A stretch of DNA of 64,000 bases from Octopus sinensis. Lineage: Eukaryota. Positions 38,560 through 52,094 of the stretch are shown piece after piece. How positions within the stretch are numbered: position 1 is the first letter of the stretch; each line of letters starts with the position of its first letter. The notes under the pieces were generated by a model that was given only the letters and a program-made list of their open reading frames with translations, did no database searches and was not told the DNA's origin. The translations under genes were made by a program, and so were the position numbers. The DNA lies in assembly GCF_006345805.1 (NCBI RefSeq), contig NC_043012.1, positions 43,400,001-43,464,000 of the forward strand, written 5' to 3'.

Positions 38560-39335
38560 GGCTATTAAAAGGGCTCTTATAAAGCTTGAACCGAAAACTG
38601 CTGAAAGGGAAAAAAGAGAAAGGAGGTTCTCGGCATGACAGAGATTAAGTGTCAGAAGGCCTTTGACAATGTTCTTAAGACGTCCACCATAGAAACATTT
38701 ACTCTGAATAAGATTATTAACACGATACATCCGTTAATTATAAGCAAATGGTAAACAAGCATTCAGATATACACAAAAGAATGATTATAAAATATTTCCC
38801 ATCTCTATTAGAAAAAAAATTGATTCGAAGATTCCAATCTCCTTTCCTTCTTTCATGTGTGATGTTAACACCTTTAACGAATTTGTTAAACTAGACTCTA
38901 TTCGGATGCAAATCTTGTGGGAGAATACTCAAGTTGTACGCTGTAGGTGAAGAATTCATATGAGATTCAGATTAGAAAAATGCTCCAAAGCTGTCGTGAA
39001 GAGAGGATAATTAATAACAAACGCTAATGAAATACTAGATAAAGAGACGGAGGTAAGAGGATTAGATTAAACACTGACTGACAAATACTTGAGAACTTAA
39101 CAGAATACACAAATGAAAGAAAAGATCAGAAATGAATATTTCAGACGCATTAGATTAATACTTAGAAGAAACTTAAATGCCAAGAAAGAAATAAAAATAA
39201 GGTAATAAGCTAATAGGAGTCAATACTCTATCTGTACCAGTAATAAATTATATTTATAATATCTTCTGCTGTACGCTAAGAAAACTAGCGAGAATAGTCA
39301 GAGTTAATGACTATATTTAGAATTCGGCACCCAGG
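38560..39335 (+). pseudogene. Highly decayed R4/Dong-type RT fragment
   Basis: KCQKAFDNV, RFRLEKCSKAVVKRG, QMKEKIRNEYFRRIRLILRRNLNAK match the ORF at 15492. Confidence 0.7.
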
Positions 39336-39361
39336 ATGTGACACACACATACACACACACA

Positions 39362-39417
<56 letters not shown>

Positions 39418-40370
39418 CACACACACGCATACATATCCTTGTGTGTGTGTATGTGTGTACCGCAAACATAGGATTATAGGGAGACGTCCGAAACTATATA
39501 GTCAATGTGGATATAAAAAAATATATTGAAAACAAGAAAAGAAAGGAAAATATATCAGCAAAATAGGATCCGAATACGAAATGGTTTTCTGCGTTCAAGA
39601 AACGCAAATAAATAGACAAAAAAGGTTGAATTAAAAGAATCTAAAAAAAGTGGGGAGAAAAGCAATTTAAAAGCAAACCATCATTCTCGGATGGGCACGG
39701 GAGAGAACCCACAAAATTTCATTTGACAAAACATTAAATTATGCAGAGGAAACTAAAATCATTTCAATTGATTAAGTATTATTTTCATCTCCTAATACAA
39801 AATAGGGTTACCTACTATTAACTATGTAAACTAAAAGCACTGCTCAACAGTCATAACTTATCCAATAATGTGTTTAAATCAGATAAAACTCTTCAGTGCA
39901 CTCCAAACATGAAATATTTGCCAGGAGCTGAAACTTTCCTTTGACTCTGGTGAGAGTTGTTTGCTGCTTGTTCTTCAGACAAGAAGAATGTGGTGCACTT
40001 CTTACATCTCTACCTCAATTTATGGTTCTGTTGATGGTTAAAATCTAAACGACATAGTTATTGGATAACACTATCTCTTAAAGTGATGTCAAATGGTTTT
40101 AAGTTTTGAAAATGTATCTACTTTTAAGTCTACGAGTAAGTGATAACTGCGATATAGTGAAAACTTTAGCTCGACTGCTGAGTGCCTCTTGAGGATTTTA
40201 TAGCATTCAGATTCTAAAAAAATTCTGTTTGTACAATCGGTTTTAAGATGGAGTCTAACAAGAATAACGATGATCCCTGCGATATTACTAGGGGCGACAT
40301 TATTCTTTTTATGAAATGCCCACCACAGACATGCACACACGCGCATACACACATACACATATATTTACAT

Positions 40371-40520
40371 GAAGTTAATTATATGGCCGGTCATAGAGTT
40401 TCGCATCCATAAAGTGCTTAACTTTGTAGATGACTCGTCAGACTCAAGCGGCCGTGGACAAATAAACTCTCTTCAAACGGAAGATAGAACACCGCCGTAA
40501 GGGGGCGTATAATTAACTTC
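40371..40520 (-). mobile_element. 150-bp element with perfect 13-bp TIRs carrying a hammerhead-like core
   Basis: GAAGTTAATTATA / TATAATTAACTTC; minus strand CTGACGA..GATGC GAAAC. Confidence 0.55.
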
Positions 40521-42545
40521 TTTTTCGGATATATGATCCACTGATGATATATATGTGTGTGTTGTGTATATGTGTGTGTTTGTGTATATGTGTGTGAATA
40601 TACATGTACATACACAAACACTCACACGCACATAATATTTTCCTATTTTATAGAATTCAGTGATTAAACTGCGACCATGCTGGCGCATCACTTTCAAGAA
40701 TTTTAGTCGAGCCCAGTCGTTATATAAGTCTGTTTTTTTCGTTATCGATCTGTGCATATCGAATGACTGAGTTGTCATTTGACATAAAACGAAAGATATT
40801 GTTCCTTATACTCGATCTTTTCACCTATCTCTTAGGAGCAGCATTCATCGCTTTCTTTAAGTTTCAAAAACATAAGAGAGCGAGAGAGAGGTCCGGGAGA
40901 ATACTCATATAGTGAATACATACATGTTGTTACAATACAAGTTCAACTCGAACGTACTTTTCTAAATACTTGTATTGACAAATGTAAACCTGTCATTTTT
41001 ATGTATTTCTTCATGGACAGGAAACGTGAACGATCTGACTCTGTGGCAAGAGGGAAGGGCATATAGTTTCAAATATAATCAAATTTCCACTCAGATAATT
41101 CTCCTTTTTCAATCCGCAGAGAAATAAGTAACGATCGTTTACATATGTCAGACTCATTTACATAGCTTCTGTTAATCGTATATCGTTTCAATTGAAATGT
41201 ATCTTTCTCATATATTTTAGCTGCTGAAAGCACAATTTTATACTTATTTCTATCGTAGTTATACAGACTTAATGGAAATGCGTTCATTAGATAGACCGAA
41301 AAGCAGTTGTAACAATATTTGAAACTAAATGAAAACAAGTTAATGTCCAGTGGCCCACTTCATATTTACTTCTAACAGAATATTTATTGTGGAACCTCAA
41401 CAAAAACCAAAATTTAAATTGGATTGCAATAACTAATTTCTTGTAACGTTTTTAATTATTGTATTTAGTAAGAAAATTTTTTACGATGTTGAAGTTAAAC
41501 ATTAAAAAATATTTGTAGTGTTCATAAAGTTCAATTAACGCTTTCATACGCTCGTAGTAATCATCAGATTTCAAAATGTATTTAACTGCCTGTTGAGTTC
41601 TTGAGTTCTTGTAGTAAAATGACTGGCTTTTTTCTTTTTATGCCTCTAAGAAGACTCCAACAAGCTGAATTTTTGGAGTACAGTTTTGACCAATTCGCAT
41701 GCACCTTAAACGTTACGGTTTGCCGGGCGAACCGTTATTACTGGCATAGATCCCGCCTTTATTTTAATCAGTTAACTTTTGGATAGTTAAATCTTATTAA
41801 TTTGGTTTTTCCTTCTCTCTATTTTTAAAACTATATATATATAGTTCACATTTACAGAACATAAAAGATGAAGACAGGTTAGATAATAACAAGTAGGTGT
41901 ATTAGTTTGACGCTTGAGGAGAGTGGAAAATTCTTCGACGTTTCGAACCGACGCACTTAGACAGAAAGGAATAAAAGGAAAAAATGGAGAGTGAACTAAA
42001 AACAAACAGAAAAAAAAACAGAGAGAGAGAAAAAGTGTGTAGGGGTTAACGGTTCATCATGATGAAAGATATATATTTCGTAACTCGAGATATAAAAGCA
42101 ATAATTTTTCCTGAAGAAATATAACAATATACAGATTATTGCATATTTTAAATTTATAATTATTGATGATTCTTAAATATTGTTCTATCGAAACTATATA
42201 AGTATGTTGAATATCTTCTTGGGGGAATATTTTTGGATTGTTTTGTTGGTTGACGCGGTTTTATATTTACAGATATTTATTAGTATGCTACATGTTTTTA
42301 TACATTATATATCATATAACAGCGCTTTCGTCCATTTTAGTGGTCTTCTAGTGGGGTTCAATTTGAAGACTGCACTAGAATGGACGAAAGCGCTATATAT
42401 GATATGTGATGTATAAAAACATGTAACATACTAATAAATATCTGTAAATATAAAACCATCCAGATTTCTGAGTACCTCATTTCTTCTAATATATAATACC
42501 TCTACATCATCTCCAAACCTTCTAATATATATATATATATGCATG

Positions 42546-42611
<66 letters not shown>

Positions 42612-42812
42612 ATTAGTAATATAATAAGAGTAAATAATAGTTTAAAAAAAAACCACCAATTATTTACGGGTAGATTTCGGCATGTAAATATAACCATTAG
42701 CCGTAGGAACTTTTATAAAAAAACTTTGACTGCTATTTCTAATTTTTCGTTATGTGGCTAAGCAACCTGTTGCCTGCCTCCTTTTATTTATATATATATA
42801 TACATATGTGAA

Positions 42813-43179
42813 GGCGCATGGCTCAGTGGATAGAGCGTCGAGCTTACAATCGTGAGGTTGTAAGTTCGATTCCTGGACCGGGCTGCGTATTGTGTTCTTG
42901 AGAAGACACTTTATTTCACGTTGCTCCAGTTCACTCGGCCATAGAAACGAGCTGCAACATCATTGGTTCCAAGCTGTATCGGCCTTTGCCTTTCCATTGG
43001 ATAACATCGGTGGCGTGGAGAGGGGAGGGTGGTATGCATGGGCCACTGCTGGTCTTTCATAAAACAACCCTACGTTGTGCGTTCGCAGGTGAAGCGACTT
43101 TCCGCGCCCAGACTTATACCCCGGATGGGAACCTCTCAGGTGCACCCATGGCCATTCGTGACCGACGGAGTCGAGTTAT
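42813..43179 (+). mobile_element. Full-length tRNA-derived SINE
   Basis: A box TGGCTCAGTGG, B box GTTCGATTCC (42864-73), CORE/V-like GTGTTCTTGAGAAGACACTTTATTTCACG. Confidence 0.85.
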
Positions 43180-43267
43180 GTCATATGTATGTATATATAT
43201 ACATACATACATACATACATACATACATACATACATACATACATACATACATACATACATACATACA

Positions 43268-43301
<34 letters not shown>

Positions 43302-43330
43302 CATACGTACATACATACATACATATATGT

Positions 43331-43510
43331 ATATGTATATATATATATATGGGCGCAGGCGTGCTTGTGTGGCGAGAAACTTGTTTCCCAACTACATGGT
43401 ACCAAGGTTGCTCAAAGTGCCACGCAGTGGTACCTTGGGCAACTATAATCTCAGGCTAACCAAAGCTTTGTGAATGGATTAGTAGATAGAAACTAAAGGA
43501 AGCCCGTCCT
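43331..43510 (+). mobile_element. SINE head module
   Basis: GGCGCAGGCGTG..CAACTACATGGT..CCTTGGGCAA..CCAAAGCTTTGTGAATGGATT. Confidence 0.7.
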
Positions 43511-45129
43511 ATATGTGTGCGTGTGCGTGTGTACGTACGTGTGTGTGTGTTTGTGTGTATGTGCGTGTATATATACACACACAGACATAGATATTCAATC
43601 GAATTATCACTGCTATCTCATTTAATGTTCAGCTGATTTCGTTGCATGAGTCTAGATAAATACATTAAAAAAACCCCCATTATAATGCATCGTCTGTTGA
43701 ATCCCTATGAAGGGAGATATCGTCTTTAGCAATGTCCTAAAGATACATTCTCTCATGGGACATTGTATAACCGACAATTTTGATAATTGTCAGGGGATAT
43801 TTCAGCAATATAATATACCTTACCAACCAATTTCGCTTTTCCTATAAATCATTATCTTGTACAGTCAAAACGATATAAATAATCATCGCACTTTTGTACG
43901 TTTTGTTTAAAATGTTGGAGCTGCCTAACGACACTCTTTCCTACTTATAAAGTATGTGGGTCAGTTGCAAAAGTATTTCAACCACTATCAGTATCCTAAA
44001 TCATCTAAAGATAACAAAAAAGAAAAAAAGTAAAAAAATAGAAAAAAAAATTAAACACAATAGAACAAAACGAAACATTAAATATCATAATCATAGGGAA
44101 GTATTCTTGGTATATGATATCTCAAATTGACTGCAGTTAATTAAGTGTTTTTAAAAACATCTGGATAAAAAGTTCAAGAATGCATGATCATTATTGGTTA
44201 CATAATGGTAACAACTTCCTGCTCTTCCTTTAAAATGTATGAAAAATTCAATTAACGTTTTTGACAGCTGCAATGAAAGGAAGATGTGCCATTTGATGAG
44301 AGTTATACAAAACTCCATGGCGGAATGAATGTATGAAAACGAACGATGACATCAAGAAGATATTCATATAGATTTGCATACTTAAACAGGCACGTTATTT
44401 GAATGTACAGATTTGTTCATAATTTTGCCGCTTGGTATTAAATTATCATAATGATGGGATTTAGTTTCAGCATCATCGGTAGTAGTGTCTCTTTAACAAT
44501 AATCTCACCTAATAAATTCAATATGTTATACTTGTTTGGCAAGGTACGTATGAGCAATGTTATATTCATTTTTGTTTATATTTTTATAGTAAAAGCTATT
44601 AAGTGTCAAAAATGTTTGTCAAACTTGTTTGACCTGATCCCTAGCACAATTCCGCTATATCGGAACCATGCCACATGTTAAGAATAATGATAATGAATTA
44701 AATGGATGAAAATACAAAACAGACAGATAACAACAAAGAGGAATTTAATCTTAAAGTGACCAAAAAACCACAGACTTAAAGTTTAAATAGAATCAACTCA
44801 GAAAGCTTTACTATTCTAAATCCCCCCCCCCCCAAAAAAAAACGGGTATTAAACTGAGGTACTTAAAACTGAAGGTTGCTAAAGAAATAAACATATAGGA
44901 AGAGAAAATAGAAAATCGGAGAGAAAAGAAAATATAGAAAAACACTGACACCTATAAAAGATCACCAGCAACGAACGTGCAACGAAATGTGTAACAAACC
45001 TTTTTTCATACTTCGTGATATCCTGAACTATTAATCAGAAAATTAATAAAATAATTTTGGTGTGTTCTGAAAGATGGACATGACTATTTTAATTCAAAAT
45101 TGTCATACAAGCACATACACACACACACA

Positions 45130-45223
<94 letters not shown>

Positions 45224-46516
45224 GTAAAAATTAAGTTCAGTAAAATTTAGATTCAGATGAATATGGTACTTAAGTTGAAGGCACCAGAATTTAGTACGGT
45301 AATATCCATATGATTTAAAATAAGGTGATTATAATCAAAATAAGCAACAAGGATATCCAGAGGTAATGTAGTACGATCGTTTCATGCGACTCCATTTAAT
45401 TGAACAATGCAAACATTACATCAATTTAATATGAAGGGCAATCTTCAGCTGCATAAAAATATAGACTCATCTGTATAGTTTTTTATCCAGACTCACCAAG
45501 AGGATCAGTAGATTGACAAAGAACATGTTTTACCAAAAAAGACGCTGCTTATCACCGATTATTTCTGTTATTTAGATTTACTAATGGGGGTGGGGTGGGG
45601 TTCAGTTTTAATTTATAGGCAAGTTTATCAAATCTAAGAGAAGACATAGTGTAGTATCCTTTATGGATAGGGCAAAATAGATAGACAATTTAAGTGGCAG
45701 AGTCATAAATCAAGATTACTTTGAAGCAAAGCCATTTGGTTCAGTAAGTTTATATTTCAGACAACATTTTAGCTGCTAATTTTGTAGACCAATGCTTATG
45801 GGGCAGGGAGAATGATTTCATATAGTAGCAGTACATTTACCTACTATAAAACAATTTTGTTATTTGTATATGCACAGATACATTTTAGAGTTAATCTAAA
45901 GAATACTAAGAAGAACATTTTTGAATGCTTTCAGTATATATAAAAAAAATTTACACAATAGAGGGACAGAAAATATACAGATAGTTCCATATTTATATAT
46001 TTAAATACTAACTTAACATATATTTATGATTATTTATTAAATGGTAATTATTGGTATTCATAAAGGAAAGTTAAGTTAAAGGAATATCTTAAAATTTATA
46101 TATTAAATATTAACAATTTTAGTCTAAGCATATTTCTTTTATTATAAATAGTGAATATACCAGCATAGTTTTATATAAGCTGAGTATGAAATTTATAGAG
46201 ATATATGACACAGAGTAATATAGCAAATAAATATATAAGAGACTAGTTTTAAAATAAAATAAATAAAAAATAAAAAATAAAAATATAATCATTTGTAGAA
46301 CATTATAGACAATGGGTAAAATGGTTTATATGCCAAAACTGTGGTAAGGTATGTTTAGCTTATTTTCATCAAAAGGCAAGGTAATTTATTACCTATTGAT
46401 GTATTACCTTACCTCCTGTTGGAGGAAAATCGCCAACAGTCCACGTGAGGTTACACACACACACACATTCCCCTGCACACATACGCAGTCACACACACAC
46501 ACACACACACACACAC

Positions 46517-46564
<48 letters not shown>

Positions 46565-47779
46565 GAGAGAGAGAGAGAGAGAGTGAGTGAGAGAGAGAGA
46601 GGATATAAAGAAAATCAGGAGGTATGAGATGAATTTATTTCACCAGTTGATATCGGTAAGTTCATAATTGCTTCGCAGCCAACATCATGGGAAAATAATT
46701 TATTTTAATGTATAATAAATTATTTTACATGTCTTCACTAATGCATATGCTATAAATTACCTATGCCGTTGTACATTTTACAAGCTAATATAACTATAGG
46801 AGCTAATACAACAATAGAACTAGCTCTTCGGATCCACAAAATATCATGGTAACATCCATTCTTCAACTCCTATATATACACACATAAAAGCTATCTTCGA
46901 AATATTGTTTGGAAGACAATAATTAATAAAAACTGACTCTCTGTCTGTCTGTTTGTCTGTCTGTCTGCCTCTCTCTATTATACACTCCTAATGAAATGAT
47001 CGTTTCAGATTTGATTTACTGAATTTCAACTACATACGACTTACATTACACCCCTATGTACTAGTTTACTACGTGGTCAAATAAAGGAGCTTTGTGTGAG
47101 CACCATTGAATTAAATAAATCCATATACTGTGCATTATAGATATATATAAGTTAGAGGATACATTAACCTCTTAAAGGGATGATTACATCCAAGAAAACA
47201 CTGGTTGTATACCGTATGTCTTTGGGAAACAAAATTTCTCTAAATAAATAGGTATATATTAAGTATATAATCCATATTAAATTTAAGAGGAGAAAACGGA
47301 TAATCATTTCTTCCCACAGCTATTTACATTTATACTTACTGGATAAATTACAAATTTATGCAGAAATTTGCATTTATAAGTTTTGAGCAAAATAAAATAA
47401 GAAGTAAAATAAAAAAATAATAAAGTAAAAATGAAATAAGGAAATAAAATAGAATGAAAATAAAATAATGTAGAATAGAATATATACATATATAGATACA
47501 TATGTACATATGGACGTACATATATAAAATGTACATAAATATATACACACATATACATACATACACACTCATATATATAAAGAAGCTACATATGAACTTT
47601 TTATATTAATCCATGTCCATTGGTTGGAGTAATTTAAATTTGTGTACATACGGTTAAACGTTTCAGGAAAATATCTAATCATTGCGGTTTGTCAGTATAT
47701 GCATATGTGCAGAATTATAAGGCAATAAAATCTTCACTGCTATAAGTAAATATATATATAATTAAATATATATATATAT

Positions 47780-48428
47780 ATACAAGATAAGAAAATGGAG
47801 AAATACATCTAAATCAAATATCAATTACACGATAATACTCAATCACATACTTTATTAAACCACCACATAAGAGACTGTAGGGTTACATATAAAAAGCAGA
47901 ACAAATCAGTGTACATACAGTAGTCTACATAAAAAAGTGTACATAAAAGAGTAATGATGTATAATAAGTAGAATATATATAAAAGAGAATATAAATATAA
48001 GTAAATATAAATATAAGTATAGATTACAAGTATAGACTGATTTATATTACATAATCTCCGAAGAGGCCTTATGATATTTTTGTAAATGTCTCATTTATAT
48101 CTATATATTGACATAGCATAAAAGGCTAATATTGGTAAAATGAGACATACTTATCTACATGGCCGAAACAGCTGTAAGATGTAATCTATACTTATATTTA
48201 TATTTACTTATATTTATATTCTCTTTTATATATATTCTACTTATTATACATCATTACTCTTTTATGTACACTTTTTTATGTACACTACTGTATGTACACT
48301 GATTTGTTCTGCTTTTTATATGTAACCCTACAGTCTCTTATGTGGTGGTTTAATAAAGTATGTGATTGAGTATTATCGTGTAATTGATATTTGATTTAGA
48401 TGTATTTCTCCATTTTCTTATCTTGTAT
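47780..48428. repeat. 249-bp near-perfect inverted repeat (1 mismatch) with 151-bp loop
   Basis: 47780-48028 is revcomp of 48180-48428 except 47925/48283. Confidence 0.95.
48029..48192 (+). ncRNA. Candidate type I hammerhead ribozyme (dimer-type stem III) in the hairpin loop
   Basis: ATTACAT-AA-TCT / AGATGTAAT stem I; CCGAAGA 48058-64; GGCC/GGCC stem II with ~90-nt insert; GAAAC AGCT GTA. Confidence 0.65.
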
Positions 48429-48597
48429 TAGTAATTTGTGGTAAATCATTTTACCTTTGCCCATATGATACAGTAAATGAATTGATTGCATCGCAATCAT
48501 TAACATTTATGTATTAACTTTGTTGGGTACTTCACTAGCAGTATATTGGATATATGTTATCCCATGGAGGGTTGCATTTACAACCCCTATCTCAATT

Positions 48598-48653
<56 letters not shown>

Positions 48654-48654
<1 letters not shown>

Positions 48655-49072
48655 GCGCAGAGTGGCTGTGTGGTAAGTAGCTTGCCTACCAACCACATGG
48701 TTCCGGGTTCAGTCTCACTGCGTGGCATCTTGGGCAACTGTCTTCTACTATAGCCTCGGGCCGACCAAAGCCTTGGGAGTGGATTTGGTAGACGGAAACT
48801 GAAAGAAGCCCGTCGTATATATGTATATATATATATATGTGTGTGTGCGTGTATGTTTGTGTGTCTGTGTTTGTCACTCGCATTGCTTGACAACCGATGC
48901 TGGTGTGTTTATGTCCCTGTCACTTAGCGGTTCGGTAAAAGAGACCGATAGAGTAAGTACTGGGCTTACAAAGAATAAGTCCCGGGGTCGAGTTGCTCGA
49001 CTAAAGGCGGTGCTCCAGCATGGCCGCAGTCAACTGACTGAAACAAGTAAAAGAGTAAAAGAGAAAGAGAAT
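48654..49072 (+). mobile_element. Composite tRNA-derived SINE, well preserved
   Basis: TGGCTGTGTGGTAAG A box, GGTTCAGTC B box, TA/GT linker, second module ending (AAAAGAGT)n. Confidence 0.88.
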
Positions 49073-49280
49073 AGTCAGTAATAATAAAGAGCAAAATTAA
49101 TTAATTAATTAGTAATTAATAATTTTACCAAGCAGTGTTCAGTATGTAAGAGGACCATTTACGGCAAATTTAAACATTACTTTATATAATTAGGGTTCAG
49201 CAAAAAAATTTCCTTTACCACATACATACATACATACATACATACATACATACATACATACATACATGCATACATACATG

Positions 49281-49352
<72 letters not shown>

Positions 49353-49425
49353 CATATATATATGTATATGTATATGGATATGTATATGTATAAAAAAATA
49401 TATATATAATAACATTCACATAAAG

Positions 49426-51672
49426 CATAGGTATGTATTTCCCATATAACGAGCACGATGAATATAACTTTATTGTTTACATTAGCGATAGATAGCGATC
49501 GGGTGCATTATGTCATCATAATTATATGTCATCATAATTATAAAAAAGTTACGGAATATTCTCAATACATAAGAATTTAGTTCATTTCTATTAATAAATT
49601 AATAAGTATTATTAATCATTGTTTATGTCAACATAATATAATAGGCTGAATTTCAGTCTATTAACTGGCAAGCATGAACCTTTCCATAAATTATATACGA
49701 ATTTAAGCTACATTTATTTCCTAAATAATCATCTAGGATCAATTAAAAATAATTTAGGGAAAAAGAATATCGTATTTATCAACCAATGAAAACATATTTT
49801 ATGAAACATGCAGATTATTACAACTTGGCCTTTGCCAAAGCTGGATATAGAGATAAGATACTGTACAATCGACCACATGATAAAAATGTATATGATAGAA
49901 GTAATTATAATACAGGAATAAAAACTGAGAAGATTGGTAATTCAATTAAAGATAAATCTACAAGTAATGACAAACGGAGATTTAATAAATTAGCTAGTAA
50001 TAAACTAGAATGTGGTAATGATAATAAGCTTGAAATAAATAAACATCAACCTCTAAATGTAAAACAAATACTAAAGTACCTTATAAATCTAAGATAAATA
50101 ATAAGCAACTTTTAGATAATTATGATTATTCTTGTAGTGACATACATAGATAATAAATCTGATAATAATAAATCGGTAATTTCCTTGAATACTCATACCC
50201 TTGATAATCCTGGTAATATTTGTAATACAAAAAAATAAACCACATACCCCTTCTATAAACTTGACTAAAACAAAGATTATCTAAATACAAATTATCTAAA
50301 AACAACCCTCAGAAATCTAATACGATTTGGCTCATCGCCCCATATGCAATACAAATTAAAAAGAATTTAATGAAACCTATATTCAGGTCTCTTTATAATC
50401 ATTTTAATAAAGATAATAAATACAGTGAAATTATTAATCATAAATATTTCAGAGTTGGTCATAGTTTAACTCGCAATCTGTTCATGATTATATCAACTAT
50501 TAATGACAAAAAATTAGATGATTTCTACAGTCATAGAATCATTTATTACAACAATTCATCACAACACAAAAAAAATCTTCCCAACCTAAATAATAATGCT
50601 AACAGCCATACATACGTTAATGATAGAAAGGAAATAACCCATATTAACTCCTCTCTTAACAATACTTTGAATAAATTTATACATAAAGATGTAAATGAAC
50701 CCTGTGACTATAAAGTTAAAATTAATTGTAAATTTAAAGATGTATGTAAGAAAGATAACTTAGTCTACCAATGTATCGTTGAATCTCAAGGAAAGAAATT
50801 CTATTTTATAGGGTCAAGAGAAAATAAAATTAAGATTAGGGTTGCTAACCATTTACAAAGCTTTAAAAATAGACATAAAATGAACTCTACTGGATTAAGT
50901 AAGTTCATATGGGAAATTTTAAAGGATAGCTTTGGATGTAATCTTAGAGAGAAAATTCTTAGTTTTGCTCATTCATATAAATTCTCAAACAAATAATGTG
51001 AGTTGTGCACCGAAGAAGCATATAAAATCCTTACATCTACGAAGCATTTACTTAACCAAAGAAAAGAAAAAATCATCTTGTGTTCACATAGCGAAATACG
51101 TTTTCTCTAAGTATAATTAAACTATATACGTATTATAAGGTAATATTAAACTATATAATATTCATATAACATCATCCAATATTTAGGAGGCATTTTACCT
51201 ATTGATACAATAGTTTGAAATCAAGATTATTTTACCTATTGATATAATAGATTGAAATCAATATGTACCCATTTATTAGAAGAATTTCCTTAATCCATTT
51301 GACCATAAACTCTGCTAATATAATTCGCTTTTTCTATCTTTATATCTAACTGAATATGTTCGATTATATCTCTTATAATACATACTATATTCAGTTTTAT
51401 TACCTTACATAAAAAAAATTTAAATTCTAATTAATAATAATTATTAATAAATTTATAGAGATTAACTTAATCATTATGAATCGAATATGTTTCGTAACTA
51501 TTTCTATAACTGTGCGTCATCATAATTGGTGTTGATAGAAAATTTACAGAATATTCTCAATGCATAATCAACACCAATTATGATGACGTAATGCACAAAT
51601 CTTTATCTATTGCTAATGTAAACAAATAATGTATATTCACTGTGATTGTTATATGAGAAATACATACCTATG
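49426..51672 (+). mobile_element. Penelope-like element remnant (RT thumb plus C-terminal GIY-YIG) bounded by ~97-bp inverted repeats
   Basis: YYNLAFAKAGY, LVYQCIVE..YFIGS..KIRVANHLQSFKN..STGLSKFIW..CELC..LNQRKE..CVH; IRs 49426-49523 / 51576-51672. Confidence 0.82.
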
Positions 51673-51889
51673 TGCTATCATTACACACGCACACACATAC
51701 ACAAAACACACACATGCACACACACACAGACCAGCGCGCACGCATATACCCCCCCACACATATCTCCTTCTCTTGCACTCTCCTGTCTTTGAAAGAACTT
51801 TTTCTTCACACATTCCCTTCCGGTCATTCAATATGTGACCGCGTGTGTATCGTTGGCGATTTTTTCCTCCGTCTTCCCTTCCTTGGATC

Positions 51890-51965
51890 TTTCCTTTTCC
51901 TGAGTTTCTGACGAAGAGCTCTGCTCGAAACGTTAAATCCTCCTTCTTTCTTTCCTTTTCCTGAG
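51890..51965 (+). ncRNA. Candidate minimal hammerhead ribozyme, intact core
   Basis: GTTT-CTGACGA-A-GAGC TCT GCTC-GAAACGTT-AAAT; palindromic AACGTT stem III. Confidence 0.6.
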
Positions 51966-52037
51966 CGTCCAATAAGACTATACTTGTTCCACGTCCTCGC
52001 GTTGTTGTGCTTTCTCTTAGTGTTTTCATGTTTGGAT

Positions 52038-52094
<57 letters not shown>

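Noticed and set aside
42813-42890. tRNA gene
   Set aside because: A and B boxes present but no closed acceptor stem and it continues into SINE body; SINE head, not a tRNA gene.
44292-44325. TTGATGA followed by GAGTT/AACTC hairpin
   Set aside because: No GAAA after the stem; chance match.
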